Shown: piece after piece, positions 39,938 through 52,826 of the stretch
Position numbering within the stretch: position 1 is the first letter of the stretch
Layout of the letters: each line of letters starts with the position of its first letter
Assembly (NCBI GenBank): GCA_951406725.2
Contig: OX597818.1
Span: forward strand, 109,492,001-109,556,000
From: Octopus vulgaris
Taxonomy: Eukaryota
Direction of reading: 5' to 3'
DNA: 64,000 bases
Made by a program: the position numbers and the translations under genes
Notes under the pieces: generated by a model
Databases searched by the model: none
Seen by the model: only the letters and a program-made list of their open reading frames with translations
Told to the model about the DNA's origin: nothing

Positions 39938-40601
39938 AGACACACACACACAAATATATATTGAGACAGTGAATGTGTCCTTTCAACAAGATGTAATTCG
40001 AAGAAGGTTAGATTATTATTTCTAAGAGGTCAAGCGATATGTTAAGCCAGTCTCTTCCTGGTTTCACTCGAAGTTCCATTATTGTTTTCCTTTCTCTCAG
40101 TATGGAATTAACTCAACGGATTGATGTTAAGTCCTCACAGAAATATTTAACACTATAATTAATTAATTAACAAATACTAAGTAAATTACACACGAGTGAA
40201 AAATCATTCGATTAGAATGTTCGCAAGAAACGATGTGCTGTATGTTAAAACTAGATATGTAAACACAGAAATAATAAGATATCACAAATATTGGTCGACA
40301 GAGGGCTTAATTTGGTGAATATATTTCAATGTTTGACTGGTATTCATTGTTTTCTGCCGAAAAAATGAGGAAAAGTTGTCAACTTCTGCCGAAGAAATGA
40401 GGAAAAGTTGTCAACTTCTGCCGAAGTTGAACCAAAATCGTAAAATTGAATAAAGCAGACGTCACAAACAATAACAATTATAATACGGTTGAACTTCACC
40501 ACACGGGCATAACACAACAAAAATTTCATTAAAATAATGTCCTACCTATTTATACAGCTTGTTGTAAACATAGAACTGTAGACAAAACGGTAACAACTCA
40601 C

Positions 40602-40670
40602 ATAAATTCACAATGATTTCAGTGTAATTTCACCGTATTTTGATTTTCGCGCTTGCCGCCATTAATTACG
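40602..40670 (-). other. MASTL: Probable 5' non-coding first exon of Greatwall kinase (5' boundary approximate)
   Basis: CpG-containing patch with AATGGCGGC (YY1-type motif common near metazoan TSSs) and a donor TTTAT|GTGAGT at 40601. The downstream ATG exon has its own acceptor, so an upstream exon is required. Confidence 0.5.
40655..40663 (-). promoter_or_regulatory. YY1-like motif AATGGCGGC at putative MASTL TSS
   Basis: GCCGCCATT on the + strand, inside the candidate first exon. Confidence 0.4.
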
Positions 40671-40757
40671 TATGGGCTACGGTTGATCATGTGACATATG
40701 CATATAACGAGAGAGAGAGGTAGGAGAGGAAGATTGAGGGAAAGATGCGTGTGTTAA

Positions 40758-41290
<533 letters not shown>

Positions 41291-41429
41291 CTTATTATCA
41301 TATATAATAATGACGGCAAGTGTTTTACTAAACTTCGTGATAATTACACTTTAGTTTGTATGTATGAATTCTGGACTTTTCCACTTGAACGTGCTGTTGA
41401 AAAAAAACATTTTTTTAAAAATAAATGTT

Positions 41430-41652
41430 TCCTTCTCGAGTCATGCAAGGCTAATAAGGGCCGGGTTTCCCCGTTCTAGTGGCGTATATATTCCCCCACC
41501 TGGACGGGACGCGGATCCATCGCAGGGTTACTCGTTTTTGCCAGCTGAGTGGACTGGAGTACTTTGAAATGACACACAACGCATCACCCAGTCCAGGAAT
41601 CGAAACCGCAATCTTACGATCATGAGTCCAACACCCTAACCACTAAGCCATG
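41430..41652 (-). mobile_element. tRNA-derived SINE
   Basis: Minus-strand head GCATGGCTTAGTGGTTAGGG...GGTTTCGATTCC. Confidence 0.7.
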
Positions 41653-41964
41653 CTGTTATTTTCTACAACTAGCCTTGAAGCCGCCCTTTGGGCAGTATTC
41701 AGACTAGCTCCTGCGGAGGGCACCTTTGAGGCCTTCAGCTCCTCTATTGGTACACTTTGGCCCTCTACCCTTGTGTAATGAAACTTATTTCTGCAAATGT
41801 GCTAAGCACTGATGCTGATCAATAAATATAAGAGCGAGGTAAATGCTGTAAAAAGAGGGGCATCATTAGGGCCCCATTTAAGCAGCCCTTCAGAAACTGA
41901 AACTCATTGTCATTGCTCTGATTTGGTCACCAATGCCATGTATTTACATTATTTACATTTGACG

Positions 41965-42005
<41 letters not shown>

Positions 42006-42006
<1 letters not shown>

Positions 42007-43100
42007 CAAACTGAACAACCCGAAGGAAGTACAGCAACTATTGTTGCAAAGAAGGTGAAAATAATACCCAAACTGAACAACCTGAGGGAAGTACGGCAAC
42101 TATTGTTGCAAAGAAGGTGAAAATAATGGCAACGAAAAAAGTGCATGAGCAATTGGCTGATAGGTGGGAGGAGAAACCTCTGCATGGCAAATATGTGGTC
42201 CGCAGCAAACAAGCTAATGTTGACCAGAAGCAAACCCATCAGTGGCTACGGAGCTCAGGGCTAAAAGCAGAGAGCAAAGGTTTCATCTTGGCTGCTCAAG
42301 ATCAAAGCCTATTAACCCGGAACTACCAGGCCAATGTGATGAAAAATGGAGCAGACCCAAAATGCCGATTCTGCAACGACATGATTGAAACAGTGGACCA
42401 CCTAATCTCTGGATGTAAAGTCTTAGCACCAGTGGAGTATAAATTAAGACATGACAGAGTTGGCCAATATCTACACTGGCTAATAAGTTGGCATTACAAT
42501 ATCAAAACTGCCGACAAGTGGTATAATCACCACCCTGAAGCTGTAACTGAAGGAGAAAATGTAACGATTCTGTGGGACTTTCCAGTACATACAGACCGAA
42601 CCATCAAAGCCAATAAACCAGATATTGTTGTGAAAGACCAAAACAATAAAGTTTGCTTATTGATCGACATGAGCATCCCCTGTGATCATAATATCTCGGC
42701 GAAAGAGTTTGACAAGCTCAGAAAATATAAAGACCTACTCATTGAAATTGAGAAAATGTGGCATCTCAAGGCGGTTACAATACCAGTTATCGTAGGAGCA
42801 CTAGGAATGATCAAGAAGGGAACCGAAAATTATATGAGAATGATCCCTGGCTTACCATCCCTGCAAGAAGTGCAAAAGATTGTCTTAACTGGTACATCAC
42901 ACGTATTGAGAAGAGCATTGTCGATGTGAGAACTATTACTACCCATGTATTTTAATTTAACTTTAAAAAAAATTTTTTTAAATGAACGAACCATTGAGTT
43001 TAGTTTAATGGCCTACCAATGTATACTATGAGTTTCTTTGCCCTAGGAGTCGGGAAGTTACTCGGCAAGAAATGGAAGCAAATTTGAAAGAGGAAAAAAA
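42006..43100 (+). mobile_element. 5'-truncated R4/Dong-clade non-LTR retrotransposon in (AAT)n, with an uninterrupted 270-codon C-terminal ORF (42117-42929)
   Basis: KPLHGKY, LAAQDQSL, CRFC..ETVDHLISGC (CCHC), RHD, LWDF, KPDIV..LLIDMSIP, K..KY, VIVGALG; flanked by (AAT)n. Confidence 0.92.
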
Positions 43101-43156
43101 AAATAATAATAATAACAATAATAATAATAATTATTATTATTATTTAAAAAGAATTA

Positions 43157-43194
<38 letters not shown>

Positions 43195-43195
<1 letters not shown>

Positions 43196-43670
43196 AAAGA
43201 TCAGACAAAAAAGGTGTGTTTATTAATTGACATGAGTATTCCTTGCGATCACAATATAGCGGTGAAAGAATTTGACAAGATCAATAAATATGAAGACTTG
43301 CTAATAGAAACTGACAAAAATGTGGCATCTCAAAGCGACTACAGTACCAGTGATTGTAGGATCTCTAGGAATGATAAAAAAAAGGTACTGAAACCTATTT
43401 GAAAATAATACCAGGCTTACCATCCCTACAGGAAGTGCAAAAAATCATGTTAACTGGAATGACTCATGTACTGAGACGAGCAGTATTGCTGTGAAAACAA
43501 CATCCATTCATGAATTTATTTATTTATTAATTTTTTAAATACATATTTTACCTGTGAATTTGTGTGTGTAATCTAGGAATGCATACAATGAGATTCTCTG
43601 CCCTAGGTGTACGGAAAACACTTGGCAAGAAACAGAAGAAATTTGAAGAAAGAAGAAAAAAATATATATA
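43195..43670 (+). mobile_element. Second, shorter and more diverged R4/Dong 3' fragment
   Basis: CLLIDMSIPCDHNIAVKEFDKINKYEDLLIE and a homologous 3' UTR. Confidence 0.9.
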
Positions 43671-43676
43671 ATAGTA

Positions 43677-43723
<47 letters not shown>

Positions 43724-43724
<1 letters not shown>

Positions 43725-44261
43725 CCCTGATGCAATACCAGACAGTGGCTCTCATGGCTTCTGATCTTAACTGATTGTACATTGTTTCATCTTGGTATAA
43801 AAGATGGGCTACAGCAAATATTCTGCTCAATACCACAAATTTGCTTGTCAGTTGTTAGACCTTAATCAGTTGAGCATGTCCCTTAGTGGCTGACGATATG
43901 TGCATCTCTGTTCACAAGCAGAAGTAGTAGGGGAGCATCATAGCCATGTGTTGAGAGGAATTCTTTGGGGTTTGAATAATTCACCTCTGGAAACATGGGT
44001 GTTTCATTCAACATCCTTAAACAACCCTTATTCAGACCTTTTGAGGAGGATGGGTTACTCGATCAGAAGAAAATTCTAACTGGGCCCCACCTGCAAGGTC
44101 ATGTGCTGTTTATCTTGATATGAGATCAAAATGTCGTGCACATATGGTTGTGATGCATGTGCCTGGTGTACCCTTATCAGACGGGTAGTCATGATGGGTA
44201 TAATGGGCTTCGTATATTTTACCCCAGTGTCACTTTGATGACATGCACTGCTCTCTCACTC
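43724..44261 (+). mobile_element. Non-autonomous (AAT)n-inserted element, ~540 bp
   Basis: Second copy with the same ends at 58305-58847 (-); both flanked by AAT repeats. Confidence 0.8.
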
Positions 44262-44320
<59 letters not shown>

Positions 44321-44333
44321 TAATAATAATAAC

Positions 44334-44780
44334 GGTTTCAAATTTTGCCACAAGGGCAGCCCTTTTGGGGAGGGGATGAGTCAATTACATCGATCCCAGT
44401 CTTCAACTGGTACTTATTCTATCGATCCTGAAAAGATGAAAGTTGAAGTCAATCTCAGCGGAATTTGAACTCAGAACATAGTGGCAGGCAAAATAGTGCT
44501 AAGCATTTCCTCCAGCACGCTAACAATTCCGCCAGCTTGCCACCTTAATAAGAAAAATGATGATGATTTCAAATCTTTGCCACAAGGGCAGCTTGGGGGG
44601 GGGGGGGGTTAAGTCAATTACATCGACCCCAGTGTGTGCCTGGTACTTATTTAATTGACCCTGAAATGCTGACAGGCAAAATCGACCTCAGCAGAATTTG
44701 AACTCAGAACATAGTGACAGGCAAAGTACTGCTAAGCATTTTGCCTTACATGCTAATGGTTCTGCCAGCTCACCGCCTTG

Positions 44781-44868
<88 letters not shown>

Positions 44869-45311
44869 GTTTCAAATTTTGCCACAAGGGCAGCACTTTT
44901 GGGGGAGGGGATGAGTCAATTACATCGATCCCAGTCTTCAACTGGTACTTATTCTATCGATCCTGAAAAGATGAAAGTTGAAGTCAATCTCAGCGGAATT
45001 TGAACTCAGAACATAGTGGCAGGCAAAATAGTGCTAAGCATTTCCTCCAGCACGCTAACAATTCCGCCAGCTTGCCACCTTAATAAGAAAAATGATGATG
45101 ATTTCAAATCTTTGCCACAAGGGCAGCTTGGGGGGGGGGTTAAGTCAATTACATCGACCCCAGTGTGTGCCTGGTACTTATTTAATTGACCCTGAAATGC
45201 TGACAGGCAAAATCGACCTCAGCAGAATTTGAACTCAGAACATAGTGACAGGCAAAGTACTGCTAAGCATTTTGCCTTACATGCTAATGGTTCTGCCAGC
45301 TCACCGCCTTG
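44334..45311. repeat. Tandem duplication of a two-SINE block (44334-44780 and 44868-45311) separated by (AAT)n
   Basis: Near-identical copies sharing private mutations. Confidence 0.9.
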
Positions 45312-45352
<41 letters not shown>

Positions 45353-46499
45353 TGTTTCAAATTTTTGGCACAAAGCCAGTAATTTCATATGGAGGAGATT
45401 AGTTGATTACATTGAGCTCAATATTTTATTTTACTGAGTCCCCAAAAGTTTGAAAGTTGATTTCAAAAGGATTTGAACTTAGAGCAAGAAGAAATACCAC
45501 AAGGCATTTTTGAGATCGCCATCACCATTATCATTTAACACATATCTAACATGTGGTACAATTATAAACAGGACAAATATTAGCTATTTCTCCACAGACT
45601 GAAAAAATGACAAATAACCTTAATAAATTGTCGAACCTCATTGAATTCTCATCAGAGGAATCCACGTCATTTTGACAATCTCCAGAGAAACAAACAGCCA
45701 AACTCTGTTTATATACTCAACAGACGCGGCAGTGACTCTATGAAGGAGTCCCTAATTTGCATACCGAAAGTATTTAACACTCTATAAATATCAGCGGCCT
45801 GTCAACAGGGATCAAGGTATGATATAATATATACATAACATATGGTATAATTATATATAGGGAAAATTTTAGCTATTTCTCCACAGGCTGAAAAAATGAT
45901 GAACAACCTTAATTGATGTTCAAACCTCAGTGGGTTCTCATCAGCATGACTTGGACAATTCAATAGGCTCTGAAAAGCCAGTTAGGGCTGTGTTGAGCTG
46001 CAATGTCCCCTTTGGCATGGTTGTCTGGATGTTCTAGATGCCCTTCCTAATACCAACCACTTTACAGGGTGTACTGGATGCCTTTTTTATGTGGCACCAG
46101 CACTAGAGACATCACCAAGTAACTTGCAAGACAAAACCCCTTGACAGAGTGCAGGGTGTAATATTGAGGAACGTGGTTTTCTGTCAGTTATTTAAAAGCT
46201 GGAGATAGAAGGACTGGAATAGATGTTTTGCTGTAGAGGAGATACATAGCTAACCCAGCAGAAAAGGGAGAGAGGATAATAGAGATAAGGTGCCAGGGCA
46301 TACATTCAAGGTGTAAGAAAGTGGATAAAGGTAGAATATGGACAGAGAAGTAAGGATAGCTGAGAGAATAGGCTCATGAGAGTGCTAAAAGAGAGTGACG
46401 GAGTTAGGAGAAAATGTAGCGAATGGATGGTGTGGATAATGGTAAATCTCAGTCTGGGGAAAGTAGGTGTGTGTCAAATATATTTATAGATCATATTAT

Positions 46500-47095
46500 T
46501 ATTGGTCTGGTGCATATTATTGTGGCTTTTTCAACAAATTTTATTCAACAAAAACAATAACAATATTTAACAAAAACATCTTTAAATGACAGTCGGCTTT
46601 TTTTCATAAAACTGCATATCGAAAATCAGATCCACATTCATCATATTATGCTCTACCACTTCAAGAAAGGCTGGAATGCAACACAGTCATTTTGCAATCT
46701 CAATGAACTTTTTGGTGAAGGAATAATCAGGAAAAGCCAAGTTGAAAGATGGTTCAGGAAGTTTAAATCGGGTGATACAAACCTCACTGATGAAAAAAGA
46801 AAGAGGTCAACCATCAAATTTCAACAACCAGGCACTTTTGGCAGCCGTGGAAGAGGACGAAAGCTTGGCTACGGAAATGTTGGCCGAAGACTTCAATGTG
46901 GACCATTTGACCATTGTTCGTTGTCTCAAAAAGCTTGGAAAAGTATGGAAATTGGCTGGGTGGGTCCCCCCACGAACTCTCTAATAACAACAAAGCCGAA
47001 TGTGTCCCAATTTTTACCGATTTGCTGCAGTGAAATGAGATAACTCCATTCCTGAAGAATCTCGTCACTGGGGCTGAATTGTGGCTTCTCTTCAA
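46500..47095 (+). mobile_element. Mariner transposon 5' half (TIR plus HTH domains), frameshifted
   Basis: MLYHFKKGWNATQS..VERWFRKFKSGDTNLTDE..RGQPS..LAEDFNVDHLTIVRCLKKLGKVWKLAGWVP. Confidence 0.9.
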
Positions 47096-47914
47096 AAATA
47101 ATAAAAGAAAGAAAGACAATAACAATATTAGTGAAAAAAATGTAGTTCTAGATAATATTAATGGTAAGCAATATGTTAGAGTATTATATAATTTCCTGTT
47201 GTTATAAGAATAACCATTCTCATGCTGAAATAAGGACATTAGATTTGCATAATCAAAAATATCTGTGTGGGGAGATATTCCAAAGTCTATATATAGAGAA
47301 AAGGTGATGACGACGACGATGGTGGTGGTGAGGAGGAGGAGGTGGAGTCTACATAGTGAGAATTCTTGAACCTGTATCACCTTTAGAAGCAAAGAGTTAG
47401 AGGGGAAAATTATGATAGATCACGCCAGTGTTAAAGTGTTTAAAGAAGGTTATACAGTTCTAAGTATTATGTTGTTTGCTAATGAGAGGTGGAAACAATC
47501 GCTAGCAAATGTGGGAGGTTATCAGTAGGAGATCAAATGAATAACCTTAGTGAGAATTTGTGTGTGTGTGTGTGTGTGTGCGCGCATGTGTGTGTATGGG
47601 AGAAGGAGAGGGAGGGAGAGAGAGAGATCATGTGTAAGCAAATATTTTTGTTAAAATATTTTTAGATATTATCTCATTTTGATAAAGCCTCTTACTAACA
47701 ATTCGTTTAATCAGTTCCTATTGCACACTCTGACTACTTGGTCATGACACAAGCCTATTAATATAGCCAAACGTATCATATCAGATCATATAGTCTGTAT
47801 CAACCCATTTTAAATAGCTTTAGTGCGATCCTTTACTATTACAGAATGCTTATTCTGCCTAATTCCGATGAATGATACTCAGGAACACAATTAGCGAAAG
47901 AAAAAAATGTTTCG

Positions 47915-48121
47915 TTTTTGGATTTGGTTTGCAAGATTCTTTATATAAGTTCATGTGTTGAAGCATATTCTGTTGTGTCTGGGGAGAGTCGTTTTCTTTT
48001 TGTGCCTTATAATCTAACACACTCACTCACTGGTAAAATTTCCACTTAATTCTTATTTTTATTTTCCTGGTGAGTGTGTTACATTGTAAGGCACAAAAAG
48101 AAAATGACTCTCCCCAGACAC
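47915..48121. mobile_element. Penelope-like fold-back fragment (same family as 1760-2067)
   Basis: Direct homology; inverted arms ~47975-48034 and 48067-48121. Confidence 0.7.
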
Positions 48122-49940
48122 CAACAAAAAAATGTTTATCTCCCTTGCAATATTACAGGGGAGGCAACTCTGTCTTTATTAACTGCTGAGTGAAACTACA
48201 ACTTTCCTATGACATATTTGCCAATGAATTGGGAGAATCGTACGAGTATCAGACAAAATGCTTTGCTGAATTTGTTCTAGTCCTATATATTTTGAGTTCA
48301 AATCCCGCCAAAGATAACTTTACTTTTTATTCCCCCTGGATCAATTAAAACAACTGTTACGTACTGGAATCAATTTAATCGACCAACTCCTCCAAAGCCC
48401 AGCGGGCTTGTGTCTATGTAGGAAAACAATATTATCTGTATATGACATTTGTTTATCAGAATCAGTAGAGTATTGAGCAAAGTGCCTTGCGGTATTTAGT
48501 TACGGCTCCTTACGGTTCTGAGTTCAAATCCCACCGAGGTCAACTTTGCTTTAAAAAATAAATACAGTAATGATATAAATACCAAATTTCTAGTATTGCG
48601 TCAATAAGATCCCTATTACCTAGAAAGCCGTGTGTGATTACTTTCCCAAGAAATACAAGCGGAACTCAAGAAATCTAGCTGTGGCAGTTTCCAAGTGTAA
48701 GTGCGTAATGCACATCAGTACTAGGTGTTGACACTTGTTAACTAGTATAGTACGTTTGTGATGTAGTTCAGTAAGTAAAGTGTGTAACAGGAACTAGTAG
48801 AACTACTCATACTAGCGGTTTCTGTGGAAATTTCACGGGTTATTTCGTGGTACATTGTCTGCCATAAACATCTCTCCATTCGATAATAATATTCTTTTCT
48901 ACTCTAGGCACAAGGCCCGAGATTTTTAGGGAGGAGGCCAGTCGATTAGATCGACTCCAGTATGCAACTTAATTTACCGACCCCGAAAGAAAGATGAAAT
49001 ACCTATTTCATTACTACCCACAAGGGGTTAAACACAGAGAGGACAGACAAACGGATTAAGTCGATTATATCGACCCCAGTGCGTAACTGGTACTTATTTA
49101 ATCGACCCCGAAAGGATGAAAAGCAAAGTCAACCTCGACAGAATCTGAACTCAGAACGTAATGGCAGACGAAGTACAGCTACGCATTTCGCCCGGCCCGC
49201 TACCGTTTCTGCCTGATCGCTGCCTTAATAATATACTATCATTTCCTTTATACATATGTATGAATAATTTGAAAGATGTTAGCTGTAGAAGGTCTGTGCG
49301 CCTGTGTTTTGTGACTAGGTACCTATTCAACAATATAGGCGAAGGAATAACAATTTAAAACAATTGATTAAACCTGAAAGTATAGATCGAAAACCCACTC
49401 GTGAAGTTGTTTGTAGAAAATGAAATTATTGGTAACTAAATGACATTTTCACAAAGTAGAATTCCCTTGGCAACAGTAATTACTCTGTATTTAAACACTA
49501 AGAATATTCTCTGTCGATTCCTAAACTGCGAATTTCTTGGAAGAAAACACCAAAACCAAAGCAAAAAAGAAAAAGAAAAGCATATTCCATGAATTAACGT
49601 TTAATGAAATGTCACACTTCGTAAAATTATGATTAATTGATAAACCATAGGTTTGTGTCATGCTGATGATTTCTGAAAAGAATGAAATAATGCATTACAT
49701 GATCACCACCAACTAAAAATGAAAGGTGTAAAAACTTCGTAATAAATAAATAAAACTAAACTAATAAATTCACATGGATTCTATGCAGCTGTTTCTTCGT
49801 GATTCTTTAATTTCAAATTCAAATATCTAATCATGCCTCATATTATGAAAAAAAAGCATCTTCCTTCTAAAAGCTGCCATTACTAAGTAAACCATACGAA
49901 TGTATGCTTGTACACGTCTATCTATCTATCTATCTATCTA

Positions 49941-50011
<71 letters not shown>

Positions 50012-50171
50012 AGATAGGGGTTGAAAATTCAACCCACCATGGGATAATATATATCCAATATACTGCCAGATAGGTACCCAACAAGATTAATACATAGATG
50101 TTAAAAATTGTCAAACAATCAGTTCATCAAATGTATTATATGGGTAAAGGTAATAATATTACCGTAAATTA

Positions 50172-50686
50172 ATACTACAAAATAAGAGAATGGAGAAACA
50201 TACTTAAATCAATAAAACATCAACTATCCGATGATACCCAATCAATACTTTAATACACCATTACATATGAGTAGAGGCATTATACAAAAAGAGATATACA
50301 TTAATAGTAAAAAGATAAAGAGATATAAGTAAAAAATTTCAAATATGATATGCAATTAATCAAAACTGACAGCTGTTTCGGCAGTGAGGGCAGTCATACC
50401 TCATTTAACCTATAAGCCATAAAGGCAGGTTGCCTTTATGGCTTATAGGTTAAATGAGGTATGACTGCCCTCACTGCCGAAACAGCTGTCAGTTTTGATT
50501 AATTGCATATCATATTTGAAATTTTTTACTTATATCTCTTTATCTTTTTACTATTAATGTATATCTCTTTTTGTATAATGCCTCTACTCATATGTAATGG
50601 TGTATTAAAGTATTGATTGGGTATCATCAGATAGTTGATGTTTTATTGATTTAAGTATGTTTCTCCATTCTCTTATTTTGTAGTAT
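50172..50686. repeat. Near-perfect palindrome, 256-bp arms, 3-nt loop (Penelope-like inverted pLTR)
   Basis: Arms 50172-50427 and 50431-50686, one mismatch seen; contains GCCGAAACAGCTGTC. Confidence 0.95.
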
Positions 50687-50799
50687 ATATATATATATAT
50701 ATATATAACATTATATAAAAGGGCTTAGTAAAATAAATTACTTCGCCGCAGAAATATATATATATATATATATATATATACCAATCTATCTATCTACCA

Positions 50800-50840
<41 letters not shown>

Positions 50841-50860
50841 CCAATCTATCTATCACTCTG

Positions 50861-50944
<84 letters not shown>

Positions 50945-50990
50945 ACTAACTATCTGTCTGTTTATCTGTCTATCTGTCTGTTTGTCTGTC
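50685..50990. repeat. (TA)n and (TCTA)n microsatellites (also 49918-50005)
   Basis: Direct inspection. Confidence 0.9.
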
Positions 50991-51759
50991 ATCCTCCTCC
51001 TCATCATCACCATCATAATCATCGTCATCATTTAACATCGTCATCATTTCACAGGATCCAGTGGATTCAAGTATTGCCTCGTGCTCCAGTGTCTGCTTTT
51101 GTAAAGTTTCTACGGCTGGATGCTCTTCCTGATGCCAACCACTTTGCACCACACACACACATTAAGCGACATTATTCATCTCAGAAACATAAAGTGGAAA
51201 TATTTTAAACAAAAATTCTTCAGTTTTTGCACGATATTCTTATTGGCAAGTTTGCCTTTTTTTATATTTCTTTTTTATCAATTGTTGGAATAAATTATTT
51301 TTAAATATAAATTTTGTATACCATATGAAACAAAGTTAATAACAAAAGATTTTGAGTTATTGATTAGATTTTCAGTCAATATCTAAAAGAAGGAAAAAAA
51401 AGGCCCCTGGCTTGTGTTTTATTCTGTTTGCATTTTTCAGTCATTGGACAGAAGTTAGGCTGGGGAACTGTCTTCAAATTGATAACTATTCTTATCGACG
51501 TCAATTAAATGGAGCCAAAGATTGTCTTTTAAAAATAGAATTACAAGATATTTCATTCGACTTTACAATTTGCTATCTATCGCCCTCACTAAGAAACAAA
51601 ATTAAATCCTGCTACAGTACCGGATCTTTTGTCCAGCTTCTGGAAATCCGTGAGTGCTGGCGCAATACTGTGCGATATGTTGTATCATGTATGGAATAAG
51701 TTGGTTAATTTGCATACATTTTGCTCTTTAACGTTTTTTTCCTTTTTTATATGGATTAA

Positions 51760-52081
51760 AGACTCCGCCGGTTACGACGACGAGGGTCCCAGCTGATACG
51801 ATCAACGGAACAGCTTGCTCGTGAAATTAACGTGCAAATGGCTGAGCATTCCACAGACACGTGTACCCTTAACGTAGTTCTCGGGGATAATCAGCGTGAC
51901 ACAGAGAGTGACAAGGCTGACCCTTTGAAATACAAGTACAACTCATTTTTGCCAGCTGAGTGAACTGGAGCAACGTGAAATAAAGTGTCTTGCTCAAGGA
52001 CACAACGCGTCGCCGGGAATCGAACTCACAACCTTACGATCATGAGCCGAATGCCCTAACCACTAAGCCACGCGCCCTCAC
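51760..52081 (-). mobile_element. tRNA-derived SINE, full length, 11-bp TSD
   Basis: Head GGCGCGTGGCTTAGTGGTTAGGG..GAGTTCGATTCC; TSD ATATGGATTAA at 51749-51759 and 52082-52092; decayed copies near 10210 and 63470. Confidence 0.85.
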
Positions 52082-52624
52082 ATATGGATTAATAAAGATT
52101 AAACAGACTCTGCAACAGAATTGTATTAATTCGTATCTGTATGTGTTAAATAAAATTGTTCTTTACTTTTCTCCATTCAGTTTCCATTCTATAAACTGTA
52201 TACACGGTACAGTATGATATCAAGATATCAATTCAAAGTAGATTAATAAATATCAAACAGACCCTGCTTTAGAAGTGTATTTATTTGAACTTGTTAAATA
52301 CAGTTTAGCTCGTTACTTTTCATAGTTTATTTTACATTTCAAGTATATATTTAGGCTGTTACCAGAAAACTGGAAAAAAATCTTGAAATCCAGGCTGCTT
52401 CCAATCCCAAGCTCGCCAGATAATTGGTCTAGTGCTGTATTTTTTGTTTACCCATCCCAAACAAACCATACTTAGGTGATCTTAGTTTTTAACAAGACAT
52501 TTTTACTGTGTGAAACTTTAACTACCATCAGTTTGATATCAAGCAAACTGAAGAGTTAAAAACTTTTATTTCCATATATAACATAAACGTGTACATCTTT
52601 TAGAACTGTATCATTTTATAAGAT

Positions 52625-52826
52625 TTTGCTGGCACCGCGATCTGTCGGTCAACTACATTTTCCATCCTGTGGCGTTCGAGACGTTTGGTGGGGTCGAACC
52701 TATTGACTGCGAAATTCCTGTCTTCATTGGCAGCTCGTGAGGGTGCTTTGTTGTTCCAGTGCATCAGCCTCGCCATCACCCGCGGCAAAGCCGCAAGCGT
52801 GCTGGCGTGCCGCAATAGCCATTAGA
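52625..52826 (+). mobile_element. CRE-clade non-LTR retrotransposon C-terminal remnant
   Basis: DLSVNYIFHPVAFETFGG...LLFQCISLAITRGKAASVL matches the CRE motif F.P.A.ET.G...FQRIS.A.QRGNAASV. Confidence 0.75.

Noticed and set aside
40352-40430. Tandem ~32-bp repeat TTCTGCCGAA(A/G)AAATGAGGAAAAGTTGTCAAC
   Set aside because: Only about 2.4 copies; ordinary local slippage
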